From Anthoceros angustus (lineage: Eukaryota > Plantae > Anthocerotophyta), in the NCBI GenBank assembly GCA_010909165.1, contig MU008170.1, positions 620,001 to 684,000 of the forward strand: a DNA stretch of 64,000 nucleotides, read 5' to 3'. A program made the translations under genes and the position numbers. Below are positions 1 through 11,939 of the stretch, piece by piece; positions within the stretch are counted from its first letter, which is position 1; each line of letters opens with the position of its first letter. The notes below the pieces were generated by a model. That model was not told the origin of the DNA and searched no databases. It worked only from the letters and a program-made list of their open reading frames with translations.

Positions 1-625
1 GACTCGTGATCGGGCCTGGCCCGAGCCAGGAAGGATCGGACCAGACCGGCGCAAAACGGCCCCGCCTCCCTCTAGGTTTTTCGAGCTTCCCGCACAGTGG
101 TGGGACGTGTTGCCTTCGTTTCTGGGCCTATCGCGCCCATGGCTGCTGTTGCCTGCCTGTCAGTTGGTCGTTGTCTTTGAGGCTGCGAGCGCGAGGGGGT
201 GCCGGGATTCGGCTATCTTTCCCTCTGTATAGCTGTCTTGTGTGGAATGGTGTGGTGTGGTCGGCCTAGTGCGTTGTGCTTGTGACTGATGTGGAGGAGC
301 GTGCCGTGAACAGATGCCTGCGGTCGCCTCCTGCCTGCTTGCTTGCTTCCCAGCCGCTCCGGCTGATAACCCCTGCTTGGCGCGGCTGCAGATCTGGACG
401 GCGGTGGATCGGGTGTCCATGTTTTGAGCAAACAGGGGATTCGAATGGCGTCTAGGTTGTCGTAGGCGGGGTTTGAGGCAAAATGGTAACATTTGGGATG
501 GCGGAGTCGGTGTCGGGTGTTAATTGGGGTGAGGTGGCGGGACACGGGAGATCATGGTAGTGTGTTAGTGTTGCCGGCCTTGGAAGGCCTTGTTTGTGGT
601 GTTGTTTAGGATTATGCATTGCGCT

Positions 626-2382
626 ATGGAGGAGTGCAGCTCTGACGGCGGGAAAGACATGATGAGAAAGCTGGATGACGATACGGCAATGCACGTGTTG
701 AGTTACCTCATGTCTCCTATCGATGTTGCCCGAGCCTCGGCTGTGTCGGTGGCTTGGAGGCGTTTCGGTGAGTTTGAAAGCGTTTTGCGGTGCAGGCGGT
801 GTGTTGTGGTTGCAACTAGAGAAGTTGTGTAGAGCGGATCACGTATGCGTGTTGTTGCTTACTGCAGTACGAGACGGACGGCTGTGGAGGAGGCTTTGCA
901 CTAACGCGTTCCCTGATGTCGGAAAGTTCGAGACGGTTGTGGACGCGAGGAGCGCGGGGGGAGATGGAGCGAGTCCGAGCAGTATTGCGTATCTGCATAG
1001 AATTGAGATGGAGAACCGCATTTTCAGAACCTTCTGTCAGGAGCTGAACGGACTGTGTAGCCCTAAGAGCTGTGTCAAGGAGGCGCTTGTGGCTTCCAGT
1101 ACCGACAATGATCCGGATGAGAGCATCAAGCAGACGCTCTATCCGAGACCGAAATATAACGACGAGGAGCTGATTCCTTCGTATTGGTCCAGCAAAGGTC
1201 AAGTACTTCCGGATGTGCCGGAGACCTTGACCTACCAGTTGGTCTCCCGCCTCTGTGTTGTGCATGAAGTCAGAATTCGCCCCTTCAAAGGTACAGCTCG
1301 TGTGGTGGGTGTCTCTCATCCGTTGTTCGTGAAATCCTGGTTCTCCTAGATGGTGTATTTTACAAGGTCTCACTACTTGTTGTGCCGTGATTGCAGCATT
1401 CTTTCAGGAAGGATCTCCTGTGTATTCCGCCAAGTATGTCCGCATCAGGCTTGGGAGCTTGCCTGGAACAAATTTAGATTTTGGTTCTGAGAACGGGATC
1501 ATGAGTTGGGATGCAAATCAGTGGAAGGACTCGAATTTTGAGTGGACATATGTGTCACCAGAGTTCCCGATGGAGCAGGTATTGTGTCATCTTGCATCTT
1601 GCAAAAAGAAAAATTTGCAGTGAATTTGGTGACTAGACATAAAGGTTTTCTGCGTGGGGTTCTGCCAGGCTGATACTCTACAGTCTTTCAAGCTTCCCTC
1701 GCCAGTGCTCTGCATTGGCGGTATACTGCAAGTAGAGCTCTTGGGCCGTGTGCAGACTCAGGAGATGGATAACATGTATTACATCTGGTAAGCATTGATT
1801 TCCGGTATAGCATGCTTCTGGCTGTCGGCGGTTAAAGCCGACTGACTACAATTGAGTTCTGATGCTCATGGTTTCTGGTGATGAAAAAGCTTTTGAGGCA
1901 TGAGTGCGAGAAAGGGAGTGTGGCCTTTGGTATTAATCCTCTGTCCTCCTGCCATCTGCAGTGTATGCCACGTTATGGTTGTTGGTAGACCCCTTCTGGA
2001 TTTCGACTTTGAGAAAGTCCCAGGCACACAGAAGTACATCCTTAAATACTTTGGAGAGTGCAGTTTTTATCACCCTGATGCTGGAACTTCTGGTAAGAAC
2101 CCCTTGCTGGGAGCTGAGATTGCGCCTGGGAGCTCTTGCTGGCCGTCATTATTGAGACAACTTAGGGCTAGCAGAGTACTTCGTCGAAACAGGGTGCTGC
2201 TCAACACGCTCTTGGGTAGTTTCGCTGTGACCAGCTTGCTTTTACCGAATGATGCTTCCAGCAGTGATGATGAGGAGGAAGATGAATATGAGGAGTACCA
2301 TTCTCTGGATGGCACAGTTCCCTTGTCAGATGACCGTAGCTCCGAGGGGGATATGCCTCTGTCCCCGATGTCTGACGGATAA
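626..2382 (+). CDS. F-box protein (At4g00755-like), 5 coding exons: ~626-767, 868-1290, 1397-1578, 1669-1787, 1962-2382
   Basis: N-terminal F-box (LDDDTAMHVLSYLMSPIDVARASAVSVAWRRF), then ASSTDNDPDESIKQTL, SYWSSKGQ..PDVPETLTYQL and LPSPVLCIGGILQVELLGRVQTQEMDNMYYICVCHV. GT-AG introns keep the frame. An alternative ATG lies at 614. Confidence 0.9.
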
Positions 2383-4200
2383 CCAGGGCTTTTGGCTGCC
2401 TCGTGGCCCAGGAGTTATCGTCGGGAGGCCGCAAGTCTGATGTACATTGACGATTACAAGGGAGCGAAGTCCCGTGAATATGTTCTGTACATCTTGTAGA
2501 AGAGACCTCTCCCTCTGTAACTTTTTAGTTCAAGACAATACTCTGATAGTGTGCGTGAACAACCACTCGTATGCTTGGTTACATTTCGTTTGCTGCATTG
2601 CAGGTATACATCTGCCTCCAATGAAATGGGCCTGGGGATGTACGCGAGAGTGTTTCGTGCCATTCACCGAGTTGGCAAGCAACCAGACAAAGTTTTTGGG
2701 AAATTTTGGAGGACCATGAACTACACACCTACGTGTTGTCTTTGTCCCTAGTTGACAGGCCGCAGTTACGTGCCTGTGCATCCGACGAAAAGTGGGGACT
2801 TGGGGATGCGTCCACAATAGTATCCGCTCCTTGCAACGGTTTCGAAATTACCAAGCGAATCTCACGAAAAGGAAAGTTGCCTAGACATCTGGTTTCGTAT
2901 GGAATACCGATCTGGGCACTCGGCTTTGCGTTTGTGACCTTGTTTTTTTCCGGTGTACGCTACGGAAATATGCCTCAGATACTTACATACAATACACGTA
3001 TAATATGTGCTACATCAGTTTCGGTAAGTTCGTACGCGGGGCAAAAACTTTCTATAACACAATGTTAGCCTGGAGTTCCAATTATGTCATGCACATGTTT
3101 TCTTGTTTAGGGTTTTAGGGTTCGAATCACCACACATACATGTTAAACAGGCAGCCAAGACATTGTGCAGGGAGTGTGGGAGCAGGGAGGAGGCACTACC
3201 CGAGTACCTGTAGCAGTAGACGCAGGATGAAGCCACGCCGTGGGCGTGGACAGGGATCAGCGTGCTGTGTTATGTGGTCCAATAGGCCATTTGAACTTTA
3301 CACTTGTGCACTGCAGGCTTTTTTGGGTGCAAGCCTTGTATCTGTGCGACTGTTTTCATGGAAGCTCTTCTTGTGTTGGTCCTTCTGATACAAGCTTGTT
3401 CCAGGGTACTTAGTGCTCTGTGAAACTACACCCCCATAGGCAGCAAGCCTAGGAAACGTTGCAGCCCTGTATGTAGTCAGAGTCAAATACTGCAGTTTTG
3501 CATGCAAGGGCAAATGCACTTAGCCGTGCAGCAAACACAAACGATGAGTGCAGCGCATTGCCAAACGCAATTGCAAATGGTAAGCGCAGCGCAAATGCAA
3601 CCTCTCACATACTTGATGAAGAGTACGAGTGCAGGAGAAGTCTCCCACAAAACAACTCTCACTCGTGAATCCGGTGCGCCCTTAGAATGACACCACTAAT
3701 TATTTTAAACTAACTACTATGATCGAGATGAAAATTTGATACAATTAGGTGATACAATTTGTATATTGCCTAGTAGCTTTTTTTTATAGTGAACTTGATC
3801 GTGGCTTTAATTTAGAGTAACCTTGCAAGGCTTTTACAGCAATCGGCCCCATAAAGTTTTTTAACAACAGAAGATGGGTAGCAACCCATCCCAATGGTGA
3901 AGTAGAACCCCACGTGCCCTGTAAGTTTTACAACAAGGGGTGCCGTAGGGGTTTTTAAACAATAGGCGATGAGTAACATCTCATTCCACGAGTAAGCCGA
4001 CTCAAGGCTGCTTGATCGTGCCTGACCGTGGAGTTCCAATGGATCTATGTGCGCCGTAGGGCTTTTTGAACAATAGGGGATGGATAGTACCCCATCTCAA
4101 TGGTGATCCGACTCAAGGGTACTTGACCATCGAGATCCACGTTTGGATGTCACTCATAAAAGATAGGACTAGTAGTGGCTCGTGGTTCATTGGACTATCG

Positions 4201-4511
4201 TCTAGGTCCCCAAATAAGAATAGGTTTCTAAAGACTTAGTAATCTTTTCAAGAATATGTCGTAGGCTACTTGGAGTCTTGAACATATTCTATAGTCATGA
4301 CCCAACACAATCCAGACCTGCAACTACTCTAATGATAGGTTGCCTAGAGAGAATCCCCTAGTACAAAAACAAGTTCCGCAACAGCATGCCCATTATTAGT
4401 GGACTTCAACTAAATAAAAGATGGATTGTCTTCGAGACTCTAAGTAGCCTATGACATATTCTTAGAAACATTAGTAGCTCTTTAGAAACCTTTTCTTAGA
4501 TGGGGATCTAG
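4201..4511. repeat. Degenerate inverted repeat (~85-bp arms at 4201-4284 and ~4428-4511) interleaved with a direct repeat (~4338-4415 vs ~4515-4591); probable MITE/TE relic
   Basis: tctaggtccccaaataagaataggtttctaaag...gaatatgtcgtaggctacttggagtc aligns to the reverse complement of gactctaagtagcctatgacatattc...ctttagaaaccttttcttagatggggatctagg. Confidence 0.7.
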
Positions 4512-4765
4512 GTAGGGTGCCTAGAGATAATGCCTTGGTACAAAACCAAGTTCCATGACTGCATGCACATCCTAGTGGACTTCGACTAAATATATAGTAG
4601 ACGGTTTTGTTGGTTCATTATTAAGTAGACTTTGCCTAACTATATAGTAGATGGATTAGTTGGTTCATCAGAAGTACACTTCGCCTATATATATAGTAGA
4701 GGTTTCATTGGTTCTCCTTGGATCTCCTTAGGGGTTTGTATTCCGTCCATGTTGACTATAGTGTA

Positions 4766-4927
4766 TTGTTGTTGGTTGTTGTTGTTGTATTGCAAAGGAA
4801 GCCAAAGGAACAAAATCTGGCTATCCGTTAAACGAATCGATGCCACTGAGAGAAGCCCGGGGGACTCGAATTCCCGATCCTACGGCCGCAAGCTTTCTGC
4901 TCGCTGCTCCACCGACAGGGCTCGGGC
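4766..4927 (-). mobile_element. Candidate tRNA-derived SINE or tRNA pseudogene with a (CAA)n tail
   Basis: The minus strand reads GCCCGAGCCCTGTCGGTGGAGCAG (A-box/D-arm like)...GGGAATTCGAGTCCCCCGGGC (B-box/T-arm like, closing GCCCG/CGGGC stem). About 65 nt later comes a (CAA)n tract (TTG repeats at 4766-4787). No clear TSD. Confidence 0.45.
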
Positions 4928-5598
4928 ATTTGTGGATCCGAAACCATTCCAAGAAAGATACATTTGTTAACATGCCTCTTCTTCTTGCCGCAAATACCTT
5001 TACTGGCTTTCCCTTCCTTTCAAGTTGGGTGCTCCGAGCCTGGATGGAACAAGTTCCTTTCAAGGATCTGTTTGCAAGCGAGTCCCTTTTCAACTGCAGA
5101 GTGTAGGCAGCAAAGTCCCGCAAGACATCGTGTAGAGCTTCTTACAAAGGTCCGCCTTACAGAGCCTTCACTCTTGGTTTTACGGATTTTCATATTCAGA
5201 CTAAACCTCGACATCTTGTAGCTGGCGAGCATGTCGAGGTTCTGCGTATCCTGGTTGCATCCGAATAGCAGCAATTTCTCTAACTGTGCCAGCGTGTCCA
5301 CAGCCTGAGACGACCCTGTCCGTTGGAAGGGCAGAAATGAGGCCAAACATAGAGTGCATTCCATGCATTGGTGCCGACAATTGCACAGTCCTTCCCACAG
5401 CAGCACAAACAGTCATGTTTGCACTGTCCTTCGTATTTACACTATCATGGAATCATGGATATGTGATGCCAATGTCATAGACTGCTACAGCATGCAACAG
5501 GGTGGTGGATCGAGTCGTGAAATGTCCCGATTTGCAAGCAAGTGGTCAGCGATGGGCCGGTGGATCTTGCATCCATAGGCTCAGTGCCTGCTCCTGCG

Positions 5599-8500
5599 AT
5601 GGCTGTTGTGAGCGTTTCAGTTGTTTTCACGTTTGAAAGAAAGCCAGGGCGTCCAGGAGGATGGTCGTCTGAATCTGCCAGTGGGGGTCGTCGGCACAGG
5701 CCGTTTCAGGAGGTCCTCTGGTTGAAAAACTTCCGCAAGCCAGCTCGGGTTGAATTTCAGGTTGCTGGTTTGGATGTGGACATGGGTCATGATCCTGACC
5801 CTCTCAGGCCTGCAGGTTACGATAAGGGTTTGACGGCTGAAACCGTGAACGAGCTTTGTCATGACGGGCAGCTCAGGGAGGCTGTTGAGGCTTTGGGAGT
5901 ATTGGTGAGGACGGAGTGCTTTGTTTCCAGAGCTCTGTTTTATGCTGTTTTGAAGACTTGTGTGTTGAAGAAGGATCTTGTTCTGGGTCGGCGGGTGCAT
6001 GCCTTCACGGTGAGGCAGGGGTACCAGTCAGACACGTTCCTGGGCAACCACATCGTGCGGATGTATGCTGCCCATGGCAGGTTGCAAGGTGCGATGGATG
6101 TGTTTGAAAGGGTTGCCAAACCTGATGCATTCACGTGGTCTGCCATAATATCTGCGCATGTTAAACATGGAGAGGAGAAGCAGGCCATGGACTTGTATCG
6201 TCGGATGCGGAGGTCTAGTGTGAAGCCTGACGGTCATGTGATAGTGGCAGCTCTGCAGGCTTGTGCAAAGGGATTAGACTTGGAAACTGGGCAACAGGTG
6301 CATGCTGATGTGTTGGCCAGTGGGGTTGAGCGTGACTTATTTGTTTGTAATGGCTTGGTGAATATGTATGCAAAGTGTGGCAGCTTGGAAGATGCTCAGA
6401 GAGTGTTCGATGGGCTTGTTCAGAAAGATGTTGTCACGTGGACCGCCCTAATTGCAGGGTATTCCCAGCAGGGCTTGGGGCAGCAAGCCCTTCGTCTATA
6501 TAGTTTGATGCGAGAAGAAGGCATAGCGGTACCCAATTCCGTGACATTTGTGTGTCTGCTGCAGGCATGTGCAAGTGTAGGCAACCAAGCTTTAGAGATG
6601 GGGAAGCAACTTCATGCACAGATTAGAAAACAAGGATATGAAACCGATGTGTTTGTGGCCAGTAGTTTGGTGAACATGTTTGCCAAGTGCGGGAGCCTGG
6701 AAGATGCTCAGAGAGTTTTTGAAGGACTCGGTCAAAAGGAGGTGGTGACATGGACTGCTCTAATTGCAGGTTATTCCCAGCAGGGCATGGGACATGAAGC
6801 CCTTCGGCTATACAGTGAAATGCAAACGGAAGGCATCACCGTACCCAATTCTGTTACATTTGTGTCCCTCCTGCAGGCATGTGCAAATGTTGGTACCCCA
6901 GCTTTGGAGATAGGAAAGCAGCTCCATACACAAATCAGACAACATGGACATGGAGCTGATGTGTACGTAGCAAGCAGTTTGGTGAACATGTATGCCAAAT
7001 GTGGTAGCCTGGAAGATGCTCAGAAGGTGTTTGATGCACTTGGTCAAAAAGATGATGTGACATGGACTGCCCTAATTGCAGGGTATTCGCAGCGGGGCAT
7101 GGGTCAGGAAGCCCTTCGTCTCTACACTGTTATGCAAGAAAGTGGCATGGCTGTGCCCAATTCTGTGACATTTGTGTGCCTCTTGCAGGCATGTGCAAGT
7201 ATGGGCACTCCAGCGTTGGAGATGGGGAAGCAGCTTCATGTGGACATCAGAGAACGAGGACATGAAGCTGATGTGGTTGTGGGCAATAGTCTGGTGAACA
7301 TGTACGCAAAGTGTGGCAGCTTACAAGATGCGCAAAGAGTGTTTGATGGACTTGGTCAAAGGGATGTGGTGACATGGAATGTCATGATAGCAGGATATTC
7401 CCAGCGGGGCATGGGGCAGGAAGCCCTTCGTCTCTACCGTGTTATGCGAGGAACAGGCATTGTTTTACCTGATTCTGTGACATTTGTATCCCTGCTGCAG
7501 GCATGTGCAAATGTAGGCGCCACAGCTTTGGAGACAGGAAAGGAGCTTCATATGCAAATTACAGAACATGCACATCAAACTGATGCATTCATAGCCAACA
7601 GTTTGGTGAACATGTATGCTAAGTGTGGCAGCCTGACAGACGCCCGGAGAGTGTTTGACGGACTAGGTCTAAAGGACGTGGTCACATGGACTGCTCTAAT
7701 TGCAGGGTATTCCCAACAGGGCATGGGGCAGGAAGCCCTTATTCTTTACAAGGCTATGCAACAAGAAGGCATCGCTGTACCCAATTCCATGACATTCTCG
7801 TGTCTTCTCCAGGCATGTGCAAATGTCGGCAACTCAGCTCTAGACATGGGCAAGCAACTTCATGCACAAGTAAGAGAAGGAGGGTATCAATCCGATGTGT
7901 TTGTAGCAAGCAGCTTGGTGAACATGTATGCAAAGTGTGGGAGCCTAGAAGATGCTCAGAGAGTGTTTGACAGACTTGGTGAGAAAGATTTGGTGACTTG
8001 GACTGCTCTGATTGCAGGGTATTCCCAGCAAGCTATGGGGCATGAAGCACTTCGTCTATATAATGACATGCAAGAAGAAGGCATCGCGGTTCACAATCCT
8101 GTTACATTTGTGTGCCTCCTCCAGGCATGCGCTAGTGTGGGCACCCTGGCCTTGGAGAAGGGGAAGCAGCTTCATACGCAAATTATTGAAGCAGGACATC
8201 AAGCTAATATGTTTGTAGCTAGCAGTTTGGTGAATATGTATGCAAAGTGTGGCAGCTTGGAAGATGCTCAGAGAGTGTTTGATGAACTGGGACAAAAGGA
8301 TGTGGTGACATGGAATGCCATGATAGCTGGATATTCCCAGCAGGGCATGGCGCAGGAAGCATTTCGTCTGTTCAGCGCTATGCAAGCAGACGGCATGGCT
8401 GTACCCAATTCTGTGACTTTTGTGTGCCTCCTGCAGGCATGTGCGAGTGTGGGCACCCCAGCTTTGGAGATAGGGAAGCAGCTCCATGTGCAAATTGGAG

Positions 8501-11500
8501 AACGAGGACATCAAGCTGATGTGTTTGTTGTTGGCAGTTTGGTGAACATGTATGCAAAGTGTGGCAGCTTGGAAGATGCTCGAAAAGTGTTTGATGGACT
8601 TGCCCAGAAAGATGTGGTGATTTGGAATGCCATCATAGCTGGGTACTCTCAGCTAGGCATGGGGCAGGATGCCCTTTGCCTTTACGATGCTATGCAAGAA
8701 GAAAAATGGCTCTGCCGATTCTGTAACATCGTGAGCCTGCTGCAGGCGTTGTGCCTGCTTGGGCTCCCTGGCACTAGAGAAGGAAGCACCTTCATGTGCA
8801 AATTAGAGAGCGAGGACATCAAGCTGGTGTGTTTGTAGCCAGCAGTTTGGTGAACATGTATGCAAAGTGTGGCAGCTTGGATGATGCCCAGACTGTCTTT
8901 GATGGACTGTGTCAAAGGATGTGGTGACATGGAATGCCATGATAGCTGGATATTCCCAGCAGGGCATGGCGCAGGAAGCATTTCGTCTGTTCAGCGCTAT
9001 GCAAGCAGGCGGCATGGCTGTACCCAATTCTGTGACTTTTGTGCCTCCTGCAGGCATGTGCAAGTGTGGGCACCCCAGCTTTGGAGATAGGGAAGCAGCT
9101 CCATGTGCAAATTGGAGAACGAGGACATCAAGCTGATGTGTTTGTTGTTGGCAGTTTGGTGAACATGTATGCAAAGTGTGGCAGCTTGGAAGATGCTCGA
9201 AAAGTGTTTGATGGACTTGCCCAGAAAGATGTGGTGATTTGGAATGCCATCATAGCTGGGTACTCTCAGCTAGGCATGGGGCAGGATGCCCTTTGCCTTT
9301 ACGATGCTATGCAAGAAGAAAAAATGGCTCTGCCCGATTCTGTAACATACGTGAGCCTGCTGCAGGCGTGTGCCTGCTTGGGCTCCCTGGCACTAGAGAA
9401 GGGGAAGCACCTTCATGTGCAAATTAGAGAGCGAGGACATCAAGCTGGTGTGTTTGTAGCCAGCAGTTTGGTGAACATGTATGCAAAGTGTGGCAGCTTG
9501 GATGATGCCCAGACTGTCTTTGATGGACTGTGTCAAAAGGATGTTGTTACATGGAATGCCATGATAGCAGGATATTCCCAGCAGGGAATGGGGAAGGAAG
9601 CTCTTCGTCTTTACGATGCTATGCAAGAAGAAGGGATTGCTGTACCTGATGCCGTGACATTTGTTTCCCTCCTGCAGGCATGTGCAAGTGTTGGCTCCCA
9701 GGCTTTGGAGAAGGGGAAGCAGCTTCATAGGCAGATTAGTGACGGAGGACATCAAGCTGATGTTTTTGTCGCCAACAGTTTGGTGAATATGTATGCGAAG
9801 TGTGGCAGCTTGGTAGATGCTCAAAGAGTGTTTGACGGACTTGGTCAGAAGGATGTGGTGACATGGAATGCCCTGATAACTGGATATTCCCAACACGGAA
9901 AAGGACAGGAAGCTCTTCATCTTTACAGTGCTATGCAAAAACAAGGTATTACTGTACCTGATTCTGTGACATTTGTTGCCCTCTTGACAGCATGTGCAAG
10001 TGTGGGCACCCCAGCTTTAGAGACTGGGAAGCAACTTCATGTGCAAATTGGACAACGAGGACATCAATCTGAATTGTTTGTAGCAAACAGTTTGGTAAAC
10101 ATGTATGCAAAGTGTGACAGCTTGGAAGATGCTCAGAATGTTTTTGACGGACTTGGGCAAAAGGATGTGGTGACGTGGAACACCATCATAGCTGGATATT
10201 CCCAGCGGGGCATGTGGGTGGAGGCCTTTTCTGCCTACAGTGCTATGCAAGAAGAAGACATCAATGTGCCTGATTCCGTGACGTTTGTGTGTCTCCTGGG
10301 GGCATGTGCCAGTGTGGGTGGCAGCCAAGCGTTGGAGAAGGGCAAGCAGCTTCATATGCAGCTTAGTGAACAAGGACATGAAGCCGATGTGTTTGTAGCT
10401 AGCAGTTTGGTGAACATGTATGCTAAGTGCGGCAGCTTGGAAGATGCACAGAGAGTGTTTGACGGACTTGGTCAAAAGGATGTGGTCACATGGAATGCCA
10501 TGATAGCAGGATATGCCAAGCAGGGTAAGGGCCAGGAAGCCCTTCGTCTTCATGATGCGATGCAACAAGAGGGCATCACCGTACTGGATTCTGTGACATT
10601 TGTGTGCCTTCTGCAGGCATGTGCATGTGTGGGCACCCTGGCCCTGGAGAAGGGGAAACAGCTTCATGCTCAAATTAGAGAACAAGGACAACAACCTGAA
10701 GTGCTTTTGGCCAACAGTTTGGTGAACATGTATGCAAAGTGTGGCAGCTTGGAAGATGCTCAGAGTCTGTTTGACGAACTTGGCCAAAAAGATGTTGTGA
10801 CGTGGAATGCCATGATAGCAGGATATTCCCAGCAGGGCATGGGGCAGGAAGCCCTTCGCCTCTACATTGCTATGGAAGAAGAGGGCATCTCTGTGCCTGA
10901 TTCGGTGACATTTGTCTGCCTCCTGCAGGCATGTGCAAATGTGGCAGCGCTGCATCTGGGCCGGCATATACATGCGCAGATTCAAGAACAGGGGCTTCAA
11001 GCTGATTTATTTGTAGCCGGAAGCTTGATAAACATGTATGGAAAGTCTGGGAGTATGTTTGATGCAGAGCTGGTCTTCAATGCATTGCATGAAAGAGACA
11101 TGGTCACCTGGAATGCTCTGATTGCTGGCTACACCTCTCAAGGAGACAGTGAAGTGGTCTTCAATCTGGTCCAGAGAATGGAACAGGAGGGCATACAGCC
11201 CGTTGGCATCACGTTCTTAAGCGTCTTAACAGTATGCAGTCATGCGGGTCTCTTAAACAAGGGGCGAGAGTATTTTGAGGCCATGAGCAGAGACTATGGC
11301 ATCACTCCTACTGTGCAGCACCTCACGTGCATGGTGGATCTCCTGGGCCGTGCAGGACTACTGGACGAGGCACTTGCTTTAGTGAGGACATTGCCTGTAC
11401 TGCCGGATGCTGCAGTCTGGCTCACTCTATTGGGTGCTTGTCAAAAGTGGGGCAACGTGGAGGTCGCAAGTCATGCCTTCAACCAAGCAGTGAAGCTAGA

Positions 11501-11939
11501 CAAAAAAGATGCCTCAGCATATGTGCTTATGTCTAATATATACACAGGTGCCCACATGTGGGAGCAGGCACATGTTATGCAGGCGAGTAGAGTAAGTATC
11601 AAGGCATGGAAGGAGCCTGGCCAGAGCTGGTGGACAGACAATGACGGACTGGTGCACAGTTTCCTGACGGGGGATGAGAATCATACTCGTAGTCCAATTA
11701 GTTTGAACCAGGTCTCTTCGAAAACGAAGAAACAAGGAGAGAGGCAACATCTGGGGACACCTCGGCCAAACTTATTTGGTAATAGGATGACTGTTCAGTT
11801 GTGTTGGCACAGCAAGAAGCTGGCGACCCCATTTGCCGTGAACAGCAAACCCGAGCGAACCTCCATAATCAGTGTTACAAATGTTCAGCTCGTTGTTCAT
11901 TGTCCCACTGCCACCGATCACGGAGTCGGCAGTAGGTAA
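5599..11939 (+). CDS. Very long intronless PLS-class PPR protein (E1-E2, WW-type PG box, degenerate DYW domain); apparent frameshifts at ~8700-9045 inside a tandem duplication
   Basis: Repeating P (VVTWxAxIAGYSQQG), L (SVTFVCLLQACA) and S (VFVASSLVNMYAKCGSLEDAQRVFD) motifs; 17 P motifs as assembled. The C-terminus is KEPGQSWWTDNDGLVHSFLTGD...LCWHSKKLA. ORFs 5542-8838 and 9039-11939 are parts of one gene. Confidence 0.93.
8298..9545 (+). repeat. Near-identical tandem duplication of two PLS triplets (~624-nt unit)
   Basis: 8298-8916 and 8917-9545 are almost identical apart from small indels, mainly in homopolymer or dinucleotide runs (gaaaaatgg vs gaaaaaatgg, gaaggaag vs gaaggggaag, tttgtgcc vs tttgtgtgcc). 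Confidence 0.9.

Noticed and set aside
3105-3122. Telomeric repeat array
   Set aside because: Only about two imperfect TTTAGGG units; at most a telo-box.
4850-4927. Functional tRNA gene
   Set aside because: Mismatched acceptor and T stems and no canonical anticodon arm; kept only as a SINE/pseudogene candidate.
4960-5420. Small minus-strand ORFs upstream of the long PPR gene
   Set aside because: No recognisable family or consistent splice model.
9393-11000. Antisense ORFs of 183 and 327 aa
   Set aside because: They are shadows of the repetitive PPR coding strand.
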